Positions 48,272-57,702 are shown, counted from the stretch's first letter. The stretch is 64,000 nucleotides of DNA from Chloroflexia bacterium (GCA_035274425.1 DATEOC010000079.1:8030-72029), one strand, 5' to 3'. Numbers and translations are program-made. Notes: a model not told the origin generated them from the letters alone.

Positions 48272-48332
48272 TTGAAAAAGCATAAAAATGATGCTCCGGC
48301 TGCGCCGGAGCATCATTTTTATGCTTTTTCAA
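48272..48332 (-). terminator. Long perfect hairpin of the GAAAAG...CGGC-TGC-GCCG...CTTTTC family
   Basis: ttgaaaaagcataaaaatgatgctccggc-tgc-gccggagcatcatttttatgctttttcaa, a 29-bp perfect stem 32 nt after the stop of the 48364..50664 gene. Confidence 0.7.
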
Positions 48333-48363
48333 CCCTCAGTCCCCTCCGAAGAGAGGACCCTAC

Positions 48364-50664
48364 CTACTGGCAGGTGTTGAGGGCAACGTCGTCTACGAAG
48401 AAGCTGGAGATGAGGCTTGAGTCGGTGGTGACTCGCCACTGGACGCGCACCGTCTGGCCTTTCCAGGGTAGAAGGTTCAAGTTGGTGGACTGCACCCATG
48501 CGTTGCGGGTGCTCCTGTTGCTCTGAGTTTGGAGCGTGCCCAGGAGCGCGCCGGTCGTGCTGCGCACTTCGACGTACATGAAGTCGAAGGCGGTGGTCGT
48601 CCCTTCCTGGGAGGTCATATACCACCAGAAGCTGAGATTGGAAGATGTAGCATTTGCCGGTATGCTCACCGTCTGGTAGATGGTGTCGGTGCCACTATTG
48701 TAGCCCCCCAGGTAGGCGCTGAAAGAGCCTGTGTGCGGGCGCGTGGTGTCGATCAATTGGAAGCCGCCGGTAGAAGACTGCACCCATGGAGCCGTGCCGC
48801 TCTCGAAGCCGGGGTTGGCGAGTTGCTGGGTGCAGCCACCCGGCACTGGTGTGTTAGTAGGGGTAGGTGGAACAGGCGTGTTCGTAGGTGGTGGGATGGG
48901 TGTATTTGTAGCTACCGGGTTAGGAGTATTGGTAGGAGGTGGTACAGGAGTATTGGTGGGTGCAGGCCCGGCGTTGCAGCCAGGGAACTTGAACGCACCG
49001 ATGCGCGTAACCCAGGAGGCGGTGCCTGTGGTCGCCATGTACTCTGTGGTGAACCAGAAGGTGCAGTCGTCGGTGGGGTCGATGGTGGTCATGGCGTAGT
49101 CGCCCCAGCGCGAGCCTGTGCCTGTCTGCGAGCCTGAGCCGTTGATAAGGGTGGCCTCACCCTGCGGTAATGTGCCTAGAGGATCTGTCACCAGGCGGCC
49201 CGTGTAGCGGATACCGGGGGAGACAGTGCTAGACGAGACGCTGTAAGCGAGGGCGAGGTTGCCCTGGCGGTCCATCGCCACGCTCCCCATCCACCTGTTG
49301 GTGGCGTCGGGCGCGTAGGTCCCCTGCTGGTAGATTGTGGGGCTAACGGGGTTGCGGATTTCGTACCAGCGCACGCCTGCCTGGGTGCCACTGGATGCGG
49401 CGTTGACCGAATGGTTCACCACGAGCGACTCGTGCGTGCCGAAGTTGCGATAGGCGAGGCGATGCATCAGGCGGTCGCCCAGGCCATCGAGCCTGACCGT
49501 CGTGCTTGGCTGCGGTACACAGCTCCTCGTGGTGGCGCAAAGGTCGTTGTAGGCGGCGGTGGCGACAGTGACGGGACCTGTGAAGGTGGAGTTGGCGCTA
49601 TTGGCCCAATCTACGTGGAACCGCCAGAAGCGGAGGGAGTTGGTACCCTTAGCCGCGAAGTAGTTGGTCGAGCCTGCGGGCGGCAGGGTGGCACCGTCGA
49701 GATCGGATGGGAAGGGGGTGCCATAGGTAGAGCTCAGGTTGAACTGCTGGAAGGTGGCCGGCTGTCCCACGAGCATATTAGCGCGATTGAAGACGATAGC
49801 CGAGCCGCCGTTGTAAGTGTTACCCGTGAAGCGGTTGGCACCCATGTAATAACCATCGGGCCACACGCCCAGGTGCGGGTAGTCATAGAAGACTGTCGTG
49901 CTGAACTGGAAGAAGTAGCGATTCCAGGTGCCCGTAGGGTCGGGAGTGCTGGAGATGGCTATGCACTCGCCGTAGGGATTGGCGGCGGTGAACTGGCTGA
50001 TGAGCCAGCGGTCAGCGATTGAGTCGTACAGCACGATGGGGTCGCCGTCGTTGCGGGTCTGGCAGGGGCCACCGAAGCCCGACCAGATGGTGTTGCCGTT
50101 GGTGGGGCCGTAGAGGGAGTTGCCGTTCTTGTCCCATATCTGGAGGGAGAGGTTGACCCACTGCACGTAGTGGTTGGGGCCAACGTCGCCGTTGGTGTCA
50201 GGGGGGTAGACGCCGTTGCGGTTGTTGAGACCAGCGAAGTTCTTTGAAGGGGCCGGCATAGCCATAGGAGCCATTTGGCCCAGTCCAAAGGTGGATTGCA
50301 GCACCGAGTCGCTGATCTGGCGAACGGGAGGTTCTTTGGAGAGAGCGTCACGCTCCGGCATCTCACGCGGTGTGGTCCACGGTTCGGCTGCGATAAGCGG
50401 TATCTTGCTGAGCGGGGGTGACACGTCGTTCTGGACAGACTTGCCCACAACGAACTGGGCGTTATCGGCGTCGGTACGAACACCGTCTTCTGATTGTCCG
50501 GCCTGGGAGCCACTTACGGCTGCCCTGCGGGGAGCTTCACTATTGGTGCCGGCTGCCGAGGGCGAAGATGACTGCCCCTTGAGCAGGATGGCCGCCTGCA
50601 TAACAACTGCGAGCAGGAGTAGAAAGACCCCCAGCCGCAAATAACCACGCTTCTTATTGACCAT
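48364..50664 (-). CDS. Large secreted protein, unknown function, with P/T linker and C-terminal carbohydrate-binding-module-like jelly-roll domain
   Basis: Signal anchor LRLGVFLLLLAVVMQAAILL. PTNTP-repeat linker. C-terminus NPGFESGTAPWVQSS...SAYLGGYN...VRVQWRVTTDSSLISSFFVDDVAL is typical of CBM4/9-like or galactose-binding-like domains. Confidence 0.45.
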   Translation of the reverse strand: MVNKKRGYLRLGVFLLLLAVVMQAAILLKGQSSSPSAAGTNSEAPRRAAVSGSQAGQSEDGVRTDADNAQFVVGKSVQNDVSPPLSKIPLIAAEPWTTPREMPERDALSKEPPVRQISDSVLQSTFGLGQMAPMAMPAPSKNFAGLNNRNGVYPPDTNGDVGPNHYVQWVNLSLQIWDKNGNSLYGPTNGNTIWSGFGGPCQTRNDGDPIVLYDSIADRWLISQFTAANPYGECIAISSTPDPTGTWNRYFFQFSTTVFYDYPHLGVWPDGYYMGANRFTGNTYNGGSAIVFNRANMLVGQPATFQQFNLSSTYGTPFPSDLDGATLPPAGSTNYFAAKGTNSLRFWRFHVDWANSANSTFTGPVTVATAAYNDLCATTRSCVPQPSTTVRLDGLGDRLMHRLAYRNFGTHESLVVNHSVNAASSGTQAGVRWYEIRNPVSPTIYQQGTYAPDATNRWMGSVAMDRQGNLALAYSVSSSTVSPGIRYTGRLVTDPLGTLPQGEATLINGSGSQTGTGSRWGDYAMTTIDPTDDCTFWFTTEYMATTGTASWVTRIGAFKFPGCNAGPAPTNTPVPPPTNTPNPVATNTPIPPPTNTPVPPTPTNTPVPGGCTQQLANPGFESGTAPWVQSSTGGFQLIDTTRPHTGSFSAYLGGYNSGTDTIYQTVSIPANATSSNLSFWWYMTSQEGTTTAFDFMYVEVRSTTGALLGTLQTQSNRSTRNAWVQSTNLNLLPWKGQTVRVQWRVTTDSSLISSFFVDDVALNTCQ

Positions 50665-50843
50665 GCCTTATGTGCTCCTTTCGATAAATAGGTGTTGTGG
50701 AAGTAGAATATATACTTCGTTGGATTTAGAATATACTCCTTCGAGAGACGAATAGCAAGCGAAATTTAGATGGATTCAATGGTACTTTAGTACTAGCTTT
50801 CACTCGAATAGTGAACCGAGTATGAGACGAGTTGTCTAATCTA

Positions 50844-50919
50844 AACGCAAAGACGCAAAGGGAGCAAAGAACGCAAAGATTCTTTGGGGTTCACCGCAGA
50901 GGCGCGGAGGGCGCAGAGG
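50844..50919. repeat. Composite array: ACGCAAAG-type octamers, then TTCACC-GCAGAGG/CGCGGAGG/GCGCAGAGG
   Basis: aaacgcaaagacgcaaagggagcaaagaacgcaaagattctttggggttcaccgcagaggcgcggagggcgcagagg. Confidence 0.9.
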
Positions 50920-50951
50920 TTTTTATGGGGTTGTGGTAAGGTGGTCCGGTG

Positions 50952-50980
50952 GTGGGGGCATGGCGACGCCATGCCCCTAC
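50952..50980. repeat. GTGGGGGC...GCCCCTAC palindrome (variant copy)
   Basis: gtgggggcatggcg-acgccatgcccctac. Confidence 0.75.
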
Positions 50981-51137
50981 GGGCTTGTGCAATGGTAGGG
51001 TGTGGGTGCCCCGATGACCGTAACTGGTTCCTGGTGGGTTTCCTCTCCTGTTTGTGGGAGGAGAGTGTGCGGGGCGGCGCTCCACCAGCGGGGATTGACC
51101 TGCGCCGCGACACTTTTGCTTGCCGAGTGCTGAGGAC

Positions 51138-51178
51138 TGAGGACTGAGGGGTCAGGGGTCAGGGGTCAGCATACGGCA
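51138..51178. repeat. Heptamer arrays CTGAGGA x2.5 then GGGTCAG x3
   Basis: gctgaggactgaggactgaggggtcaggggtcaggggtcag. Confidence 0.95.
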
Positions 51179-51519
51179 GGTAGGCCTATTGGGTTGTGAT
51201 GTAGTGTTGTGATTAGGCGCTCCTTTTGGGAGCGGAGTGATCCTTTCTGTCACTCTATATCGGGGCACCAGCGGGTTCCCTTTGGGTTGATGGCCCTCGC
51301 TACGGTCGCGGGGGTTGAGATGCATCTATTATATTAATCCCATTTTGGAGGCAAAATGGGACACGTTTTTGGGGCCAATTTGGGGGTATTTTGAAAATTG
51401 GTCAAAAATGGAGGTCAGGCAGTGGATGAAGATTAACAAGGTAACGAGGTAATGGAGGCAAATCGCGTAGGGGCGACCCCAAGGATCGATCTGGTAGCCA
51501 AGATGTAAGGTGGGTGAGG

Positions 51520-51550
51520 GTAGCAGGGCGACCACAAGGGTCGCCCCTAC
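51520..51550. repeat. GTAGCAGGGCGACC...GGTCGCCCCTAC palindrome (variant copy; a half-copy lies at 51467-51480)
   Basis: gtagcagggcgacc-acaag-ggtcgcccctac. Confidence 0.75.
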
Positions 51551-51568
51551 AATCTGTTACTCCGAGGG

Positions 51569-52207
51569 CTAAGCTGTGCTCTCCAAAGGGATATGGAATG
51601 AGCAGCGCAGAGGGGTGCCGCGGTCGCATTCCTCTTGCACGCTGGTGTCCAGCCAACTAGTGAGTAGAGCCTCTATCAGGAGGCAGACTTCCGGATGATT
51701 CGGCACGATTTCCGCCACGGGACAACTGTAGCCACGTATGCGGAACTCATCTTCGCCTTCTTCCATCTCCGCAAGGCCTCCTAGATCATTGAGCACTTCG
51801 GCTGCGGACATGACCCGGGAGCGGAAATCATCACCCCGCAAAGCCTGGTTGCCCGCGATCTCACGGCCTAAAGCGCGCATCATATCGCGGACCTCCTCAG
51901 GGTCTAGGCGCTTCTCAAGCAAGTCGAAAGTATGGTTGAGCACCAGAGAATATGGTTTTGGGAAGAGCTGCTCGGCATCCGGTGTGAGGTAATAGCAATA
52001 GGAAGGCTTGCCCTGGCCCCGGCGAACGCCACGCTGCTCCACAAGGCCATCCCGCTCCAGAGAGGTGAGGTGGGCGCGCACCGCGTTGTCCGTCAAGCCG
52101 AGACTCTGAGCCAGTTCATCCACCGTGAGGCCGGAGCGGCGCAGCAATAATATTATCTTCCCACGGGTGCTGCTGGCGAACCTGTTACCTTGTAACGTTG
52201 CTGACAT
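51569..52207 (-). CDS. ArsR-family winged-helix transcriptional regulator with C-terminal Cys-containing domain
   Basis: GKIILLLRRSGLTVDELAQSLGLTDNAVRAHLTSLERDGLVEQRGVRRGQGKPSYCYYLT. AGGAGGTGGAG lies upstream of the ATG. Confidence 0.65.
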   Translation of the reverse strand: MSATLQGNRFASSTRGKIILLLRRSGLTVDELAQSLGLTDNAVRAHLTSLERDGLVEQRGVRRGQGKPSYCYYLTPDAEQLFPKPYSLVLNHTFDLLEKRLDPEEVRDMMRALGREIAGNQALRGDDFRSRVMSAAEVLNDLGGLAEMEEGEDEFRIRGYSCPVAEIVPNHPEVCLLIEALLTSWLDTSVQEECDRGTPLRCSFHIPLESTA

Positions 52208-52227
52208 TCTCCACCTCCTACTGATCT

Positions 52228-52256
52228 ATGATAAGACGATCGCTAATGTTTGTCAA
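52228..52256 (-). promoter_or_regulatory. Candidate promoter of the ArsR-family gene
   Basis: Minus strand reads TTGACA (52256-52251)-17 nt-TATCAT (52233-52228), about 20 nt upstream of the ATG. Confidence 0.45.
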
Positions 52257-52273
52257 ATATGTCAATGTTTTAC

Positions 52274-52303
52274 TTGACACATCAACTTGGCCCCTGTTAT
52301 AGT
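52274..52303 (+). promoter_or_regulatory. Candidate divergent promoter for the 52538 gene
   Basis: TTGACA-18 nt-TATAGT. The 5' UTR would contain the inverted-repeat element at 52383-52477. Confidence 0.45.
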
Positions 52304-52382
52304 TACCTTGCTGCACCATTAGAACCTACTTTGAGAGCAGGATTATGAACACCAAAAGTTTTGAGTAACGAAGCATCCTTTT

Positions 52383-52477
52383 CCCTGTCATTCTGAGCGG
52401 AGCGAAGAATCTAGAAATCTATGAGTTTGACCTGTGGTGGAAATGTTAGATTCTTCGCTCCGCTCAGAATGACAGGG
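52383..52477. repeat. TGTCATTC...GAATGACA inverted-repeat element, copy 2
   Basis: ccctgtcattctgagcggagcgaagaatct-(35 nt)-agattcttcgctccgctcagaatgacaggg. Confidence 0.9.
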
Positions 52478-52537
52478 AGAGGAGTCCTGTTCTTACGTTC
52501 TTAAACAGGTTCTTATATTCACACCAGGAGGCAAGAG

Positions 52538-54256
52538 ATGAGACCCGGTAAACGTTATCGCGAAGTTGAAGAGGCCAGTCACTCTGAAGATAGCACATCG
52601 AGGGGTTATGGCAGGGCCGGTTCGAGAATAGTAAAGCGTGCACGCATCATAACGGCCCTATTGCTACTGGTGTCACTGGTGTTGGTAACTCCTGCCAGGC
52701 GTATTGGTGCGCAGCAGGCTACCCCTACGGGCGAGCCGCCGCCCCCACGCGGCTTCGACGTCACTCACATAAAGCTACAGGATGGCTACAGGATCGAGGT
52801 GATAGCGGCGAACCTGAGCGTGCCTACAACCGCTATCTTCGATGGGAATGACCTGCTGGTGGCGGAGTCGGGGTGGGCCAATACTGCCCTGCCGAGGGTG
52901 CTGCGCATCAAGCCCGACTGGACGGTAGAGGTGCTGGCGAGCGAGGGGCTGAATGGACCTGTAACGGGGTTGCTGGTGAAGGATGGGCAGCTTTACGTAT
53001 CGCACGCGGGCAAGGTCTCAATAGTGGAAGCTGGGGGTAAGCTGCGCGACATCGTGGTAGGGTTACCCTCGAACGGGGACCACCAGAACAACAATATCGT
53101 GCTTGGACCGGACGGGAAGATATACATGGGCCAGGGGACGGTGACGAACTCCGGGGTGGTGGGCGTTGACAACTACATTTTCGGCTGGCTCGACAAGCGC
53201 CCGCAGGAGCATGAGATACCTTGCAAGGACATCACCCTCGTGGGGGAGAATTTCGAGACTGACAACCCCCTGACGTCGGCAGAAGACAAGATTACGACAG
53301 GCGCGTACAAGCCGTTCGGCACGACCAGTACGGCGGGCGAGGTTATCAAGGGAGACGTGAAGTGCGGCGGGTCAATCGCGAGGTTCAACCCCGATGGGTC
53401 GCAGTATGAGATGGTGGCCTGGGGGTTGCGTAACCCATTCGGGCTGGAGTTCGACGCACAAGGGAAGCTGTGGACGGCCTATCACGGTGCGGACGTGCGA
53501 GGGAGCCGCTCCATACGCGATGACCCGGACTACTTCGTGCAGGTAGAGGAAGGAGCGTGGTACGGCTGGCCCGACTTCTTCGATGGAGAGTCCGTGGATG
53601 CCGACAGGTTCAAGGACCCCACCAAGCCAAAGCCCAACTCCTTATGGAAGGAGCACCCGCCCCTGACCAAGCCTTTCACTACCTTCGAGACGCATGAAGG
53701 GGCGAATGGCGTCGATTTCTCGCCGGGTGCAGAGTTCGGCTTCGAGGGGGATGCCTTCGTGGCGATGTTCGGGAGCTTCTTGCCCGTGACCACAGGTATA
53801 AATGTAAAGCCCAACGGCTTCCGCGTTGTGCGGGTCGATATGAAGACGAAAGAGGTACACGACTTCGCCTCTAACAACGTACCCGGTCCGGCGTATATCA
53901 ATCAGACGAGAGGGTTCGATAGGCCATCAGACGTGGTATTCGCCCCCGATAACAGCATGTACATCGTGGATTGGGGCGCTTCGACGGTCACGGACGAGGG
54001 CTTGAAGCTGACGCCGCTGACCGGGGCGGTGTGGCGCATATACAAGGATGGGACCAAGCAGGTGCGGCCCGAAGGGGCGCTAATCATAGAGGCCCCGCCG
54101 CCTATACCCGAAGAGCAGCGCAAGCCGGAGGTACGCAACGTGCCGGAGGCGTGGAAGGAGCTGCTACCTACTTTCGCGATAATAGGTGGGGTGCTGGTGC
54201 TGGGGATCGGCTTCCTGGTGTGGTTCTTCAAGGTACTGAGGCGGAAGAAGGTGTAA
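52538..54256 (+). CDS. PQQ-dependent sugar (glucose/sorbosone) dehydrogenase-like beta-propeller protein with N-terminal signal anchor and C-terminal TM helix
   Basis: GLRNPFGLEFDAQGKLWTAYHGAD, GWPDFFDG and PSDVVFAPDNSMYIVDWG propeller motifs. C-terminal helix FAIIGGVLVLGIGFLVWFF. The family call is from memory. Confidence 0.5.
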   Translation: MRPGKRYREVEEASHSEDSTSRGYGRAGSRIVKRARIITALLLLVSLVLVTPARRIGAQQATPTGEPPPPRGFDVTHIKLQDGYRIEVIAANLSVPTTAIFDGNDLLVAESGWANTALPRVLRIKPDWTVEVLASEGLNGPVTGLLVKDGQLYVSHAGKVSIVEAGGKLRDIVVGLPSNGDHQNNNIVLGPDGKIYMGQGTVTNSGVVGVDNYIFGWLDKRPQEHEIPCKDITLVGENFETDNPLTSAEDKITTGAYKPFGTTSTAGEVIKGDVKCGGSIARFNPDGSQYEMVAWGLRNPFGLEFDAQGKLWTAYHGADVRGSRSIRDDPDYFVQVEEGAWYGWPDFFDGESVDADRFKDPTKPKPNSLWKEHPPLTKPFTTFETHEGANGVDFSPGAEFGFEGDAFVAMFGSFLPVTTGINVKPNGFRVVRVDMKTKEVHDFASNNVPGPAYINQTRGFDRPSDVVFAPDNSMYIVDWGASTVTDEGLKLTPLTGAVWRIYKDGTKQVRPEGALIIEAPPPIPEEQRKPEVRNVPEAWKELLPTFAIIGGVLVLGIGFLVWFFKVLRRKKV

Positions 54257-54285
54257 GCAAGGGTGGTAACGTACCACTAATCGTA

Positions 54286-54338
54286 GGAAAAGCATCAAAG
54301 AGGTTTCGGCGGCGCCGAAACCTCTTTGATGCTTTTCC
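54286..54338 (+). terminator. Long perfect hairpin of the GAAAAG...CGGC-GGC-GCCG...CTTTTC family
   Basis: ggaaaagcatcaaagaggtttcggc-ggc-gccgaaacctctttgatgcttttcc. Confidence 0.7.
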
Positions 54339-54451
54339 GTACTCACTTCCAACGAGTAAACTTGCTATAATGCAGGCATAAGGCTAGCGTGGGATGGGAG
54401 ACAGTAGCGATTGCCTCAATATCTTCGCTCACGAAGCCGCAAAGGAGAGAT

Positions 54452-55261
54452 ATGGGCGAACTGTCCAAAGAAGAAGTAAGTAAACTATGGCGAGAATTCC
54501 TGGTAGGCGGGGACGCGGGATTTCACAGGGTCCAGCATCTGTTTCGCGTACTTCCGTCATCACCACGATGCAAGGTATGCTATTCTCCTTTTCGTGGCGC
54601 AGGCGGTTTTGCCATGCGCCTCATCGGCAGAAGGCCGGCCAAGATGAACCCTCTCATATGTGGTGCCTGCGAGCGCTTTGCGGAAACCCACCCTGGAGGC
54701 GCTGAAATACCTTTAACATTATTGTTCGCGGACATCCGCGGTTCTACCACTCTAGCGGAAACGCTGGGGACGACGCAATTCTCGGGTTTGATCGCCCGGT
54801 TTTACGATGCGGTCACTGATGAGCTAGTAAAAAGATATGCATTGATTGACAGGTTGATCGGAGATGAGGTAATCGCGCTCTTCGTTCCTGGCATCGCGGG
54901 AGATAAGCATCCAGAGGTAGCTGTGAAGGCAGCTGAGGCGATTCTGAGGGCCACTGGGCATGACCGGAGCGAAGGACCCTGGGTTCCGGTCGGCATAGGT
55001 ATTCACACAGGAAACGCCTTTGTCGGAGCGGTAGGATCGGCAGGGGTGAGTGATATTACGGCCCTGGGAGATGACGTGAATCTGACGGCGCGCCTTGCCT
55101 CTACGGCGAAGGCAGGAGAGATAATCATCACAGAGGCCACGCGTGCTGCCGCGGGTTTAGAAACCGACCACATGGAGCCAACCCGTCTCGATCTCAAGGG
55201 ACGTAGCACCCCAGTCGACGTGTGGCTTATGCGTATCGGAGCGACTATTGCAGAAAATTGA
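54452..55261 (+). CDS. Class III adenylate/guanylate cyclase with N-terminal Cys4 zinc-ribbon-like segment
   Basis: LTLLFADIRGSTTLAE...IDRLIGDEVIALF...GIGIHTGNAFVGAVGS...ITALGDDVNLTARL. The N-terminus has CKVCYSPF...CGACERF. ATG 54452 follows AAGGAGAG. Confidence 0.8.
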   Translation: MGELSKEEVSKLWREFLVGGDAGFHRVQHLFRVLPSSPRCKVCYSPFRGAGGFAMRLIGRRPAKMNPLICGACERFAETHPGGAEIPLTLLFADIRGSTTLAETLGTTQFSGLIARFYDAVTDELVKRYALIDRLIGDEVIALFVPGIAGDKHPEVAVKAAEAILRATGHDRSEGPWVPVGIGIHTGNAFVGAVGSAGVSDITALGDDVNLTARLASTAKAGEIIITEATRAAAGLETDHMEPTRLDLKGRSTPVDVWLMRIGATIAEN

Positions 55262-55277
55262 GGCACAAAGGACATAA

Positions 55278-55327
55278 ATAGCACAAGATGAGGGCTGCCT
55301 GGCCAGGCAGCCCTCATCTTGTGCTAT
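55278..55327. terminator. 50-nt perfect palindrome between convergent genes (bidirectional terminator candidate)
   Basis: atagcacaagatgagggctgcctgg/ccaggcagccctcatcttgtgctat. Overlaps the stop codon of the PurE-like gene. Confidence 0.65.
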
Positions 55328-55803
55328 TGCATCGCCGCGTCGTCTTCCTCTATCTTGCGCCTACTCTTCTCCTGGTACTCCTTGACGCGCCCGGTCAGGG
55401 AGGGGTCGGCGAGGGAGAGGATTTTCGCGGCGGCAATGGCGGCGGCTTCCGGCTCCAGGACCACGAGCGCGCCGAGGCCGGAAGGCATTCGGAGCGAAGA
55501 GAGGATGTCCATGCCACCGAAGCGGTCTGAGTAAGGCGGGCAGGCTATCACGGGTGCGGTTACGTTGGCGTCTACCACGCCGGAGAGGGCGTTGGAGCGG
55601 CCCGCGACGGTGATGTAGACGAGGGCACGGCCGCTCTGCTCGTACTCAGCGAGGAGGTTGAGAAGATAGCGGGTGGCTTTGTGGGCGGAGGCGATGCGGG
55701 TCTGGTGCTCGATTCCGAAAGCGTCTAGAACGGAGGTGATAGCGCGTGCGTGATCGAGGTCGGCTTTGGAGCCGAGGATGATGGGGACGAGTGGGGTCGG
55801 CAT
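55324..55803 (-). CDS. AIR-carboxylase (PurE-like) family protein, divergent
   Basis: VPIILGSKADLDHARAITSVLDAFGIEHQTRIASAHKATRYLL...ITVAGRSNALSGVVDANVTAPVIACPP has the PurE fold pattern, but several canonical PurE residues differ. Confidence 0.5.
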   Translation of the reverse strand: MPTPLVPIILGSKADLDHARAITSVLDAFGIEHQTRIASAHKATRYLLNLLAEYEQSGRALVYITVAGRSNALSGVVDANVTAPVIACPPYSDRFGGMDILSSLRMPSGLGALVVLEPEAAAIAAAKILSLADPSLTGRVKEYQEKSRRKIEEDDAAMQ

Positions 55804-55825
55804 AGGTTCTCCTTTTGCAGATAAT

Positions 55826-56440
55826 CTAATCTTCCTTCAGCTTCCCTTCTTTCTCAATCAATGCCTTCAATTCCCGGATGGCTTTGTCGCGCTCCTCTTT
55901 ATCTTGCGACATTACGGCTATCGATAGAGGGTGCATATCGTAAATCTCCGAGTGGATATTATACATGGAGAGAAGGGATGAAGCGGCGTGTGTGCGCACA
56001 AGGTCTTCCGGGTCATTCTCTACAGCCTGCCAGAGGCTCTCTATGACGCGTGGGGTTGGCACGTCACGCAGTAAGCGGGCGGCATCTCCACGGTCTCCCC
56101 AGAAGGGGGCCGTTCTCAGGATAGTGACGAGTGTATTCGCGGCGGGAAGGTAACGCTCGATTTGCCAGAGCGCGTGGGCGGTCCGTATTGCCGCGGAGGG
56201 AGGCGCATCAGGCAGCGCTTCTTTAAGTTTGTCTGCTGCGTTGGCTGAACGGAGGGTTGCCAGCCCTGCGGCGGGGCGATAGTCAGACGAGCCGAGGGCA
56301 TCTATCAGCATCTGCTCGGCACGCTCCAGCTCCTCACCGTCAAGGGAGAGGAGCGCCTGCGAGTCGAGGCCGTCATGCCAGGCCATGTACGGGTCGCCGA
56401 AGTAGCTTTCGTAGAAACGGTCCCAGGCTAGAGAGGACAT
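55826..56440 (-). CDS. Hypothetical protein, HEAT-like helical repeats
   Basis: Repeated helical segments (RPAAGLATLRSANAADKLKEAL and ARLLRDVPTPRVIESLWQAVENDPEDLVRTHAASSL). Weak assignment. Confidence 0.35.
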   Translation of the reverse strand: MSSLAWDRFYESYFGDPYMAWHDGLDSQALLSLDGEELERAEQMLIDALGSSDYRPAAGLATLRSANAADKLKEALPDAPPSAAIRTAHALWQIERYLPAANTLVTILRTAPFWGDRGDAARLLRDVPTPRVIESLWQAVENDPEDLVRTHAASSLLSMYNIHSEIYDMHPLSIAVMSQDKEERDKAIRELKALIEKEGKLKED

Positions 56441-56454
56441 AGATGCTCTTAAGT

Positions 56455-57702
56455 TTATGTCTGTAGCTCAGGTGACACTGTATCCACTCCTTCTTTCCGT
56501 AGCAGAATGGGCGCGGCTACCGCAGCGGCGAGGAGGCAGAGCGCACCCGCTACGAGGGGAGTAGCGAGGAGACCGTATGCGTCGGCTATGAGGCCGAAGA
56601 GGATGGGACCTATGGCGAAGCCGGTCGAGCCTGCGAGGTTGAAGCCGCCCATAGCGACCCCACGCTGCCCTGGGGAGGCATAGTCGCCCACTAGGGCTAT
56701 AGACGGAGGGTAAAGGATCGCGCCACTGAGGCCCCCTATCGCCATGACCGCGTAGAGCATTTCGGGAGCAACCCGTCCTATGAGTAGGAGAGTAACGCCG
56801 TATATGGCGGTGCCGAGGAGCATAGGTTTGGCACGGCCCAGTCGGTCGGAGAGGATGCCGCCCAGGGGTGAGAATAGAGCGAAGCAGCCGAGGAAGATGC
56901 CCAGGTAAGCGCCGGCTTGGGCGGCGTCGAGGCTATATACCTCCTTCACGAGGAGGAGGAAGGTGCTTATGAAGAAGCCAACGGTCAGCCTATCGAGGAA
57001 GGAGAAAGCGTAAGGGATGATGAGGCGTGGCTGCTCGCGGAAGGCGGCGAGTGCGCGGCGGAAGGAATAGGCGCGGGTCTGCGCGCCAGGCTCTTTGACC
57101 AGGAAGAAGATTATGGTAGAGATGACGGCGAGAAGGACCGTGCCCAACCAGAAGGGGTAAGCGAGATCAAGCTTGGAGAGGCTGCCGCCCAGGGGTGTCC
57201 CTGCGGCGTTGCCGAGAAGCATACCCATAGTGAAGATGCCCAGGGTCATGCCGCGCCTGGCCGGGGGGGCAATATCGAGCGCCATCGTCATAAGCATGGA
57301 GACGACGGCGATACCGAATGTCCCCTCGATGAAACGAACTGCATAGAGGAGCCAGATGTTGTCTATGAAGGGGATAAGGAAGTACATGACCGCCTGCCCG
57401 GACATGCCGATGAGGAGGATCGGCTTGCGCTTGCCGCTGCGGTCGGAGAGCGCGCCCCATATGAATGCGAAGGGGATGTAGGCGAGGAAGTGAGCGGTCT
57501 GGAAGAATCCTTTTGCGGTGTTCTCAAGAGCGAGGTCGGCCCCACCGTCGGGAAGGAGGCGGCTAACAAATCTGTCCAACTGAGCCACAGGCAGCGTCAG
57601 CACCATCATAGCCACAAACATAGCTATGACGAGCAGAACAAGCTGTCGAACATTGAGCCGTGTCTGCGCCGGGACCGCAATATCCCCACCAGATAATGTC
57701 AT
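56455..57702 (-). CDS. MFS transporter
   Basis: About 12 predicted TM helices, with GALSDRSGKRKP and ILSDRLGRAKP loop motifs typical of MFS. Start at MTLSGG (purine-rich SD upstream). Confidence 0.75.
   Translation of the reverse strand: MTLSGGDIAVPAQTRLNVRQLVLLVIAMFVAMMVLTLPVAQLDRFVSRLLPDGGADLALENTAKGFFQTAHFLAYIPFAFIWGALSDRSGKRKPILLIGMSGQAVMYFLIPFIDNIWLLYAVRFIEGTFGIAVVSMLMTMALDIAPPARRGMTLGIFTMGMLLGNAAGTPLGGSLSKLDLAYPFWLGTVLLAVISTIIFFLVKEPGAQTRAYSFRRALAAFREQPRLIIPYAFSFLDRLTVGFFISTFLLLVKEVYSLDAAQAGAYLGIFLGCFALFSPLGGILSDRLGRAKPMLLGTAIYGVTLLLIGRVAPEMLYAVMAIGGLSGAILYPPSIALVGDYASPGQRGVAMGGFNLAGSTGFAIGPILFGLIADAYGLLATPLVAGALCLLAAAVAAPILLRKEGVDTVSPELQT

Noticed and set aside
48272-48332. ORFs on both strands beginning [10 protein letters not shown]..., and the analogous MRAAWPGSPHLVL pair at 55278-55327.
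   Set aside because: These are mirror-image translations of perfect palindromes, not genes.
52245-52280. The repeated TGTCAA/TTGACA hexamers might be an ArsR operator.
   Set aside because: They are more simply explained as back-to-back -35 boxes of divergent promoters, each with a suitably spaced -10. An operator function cannot be judged from sequence alone.
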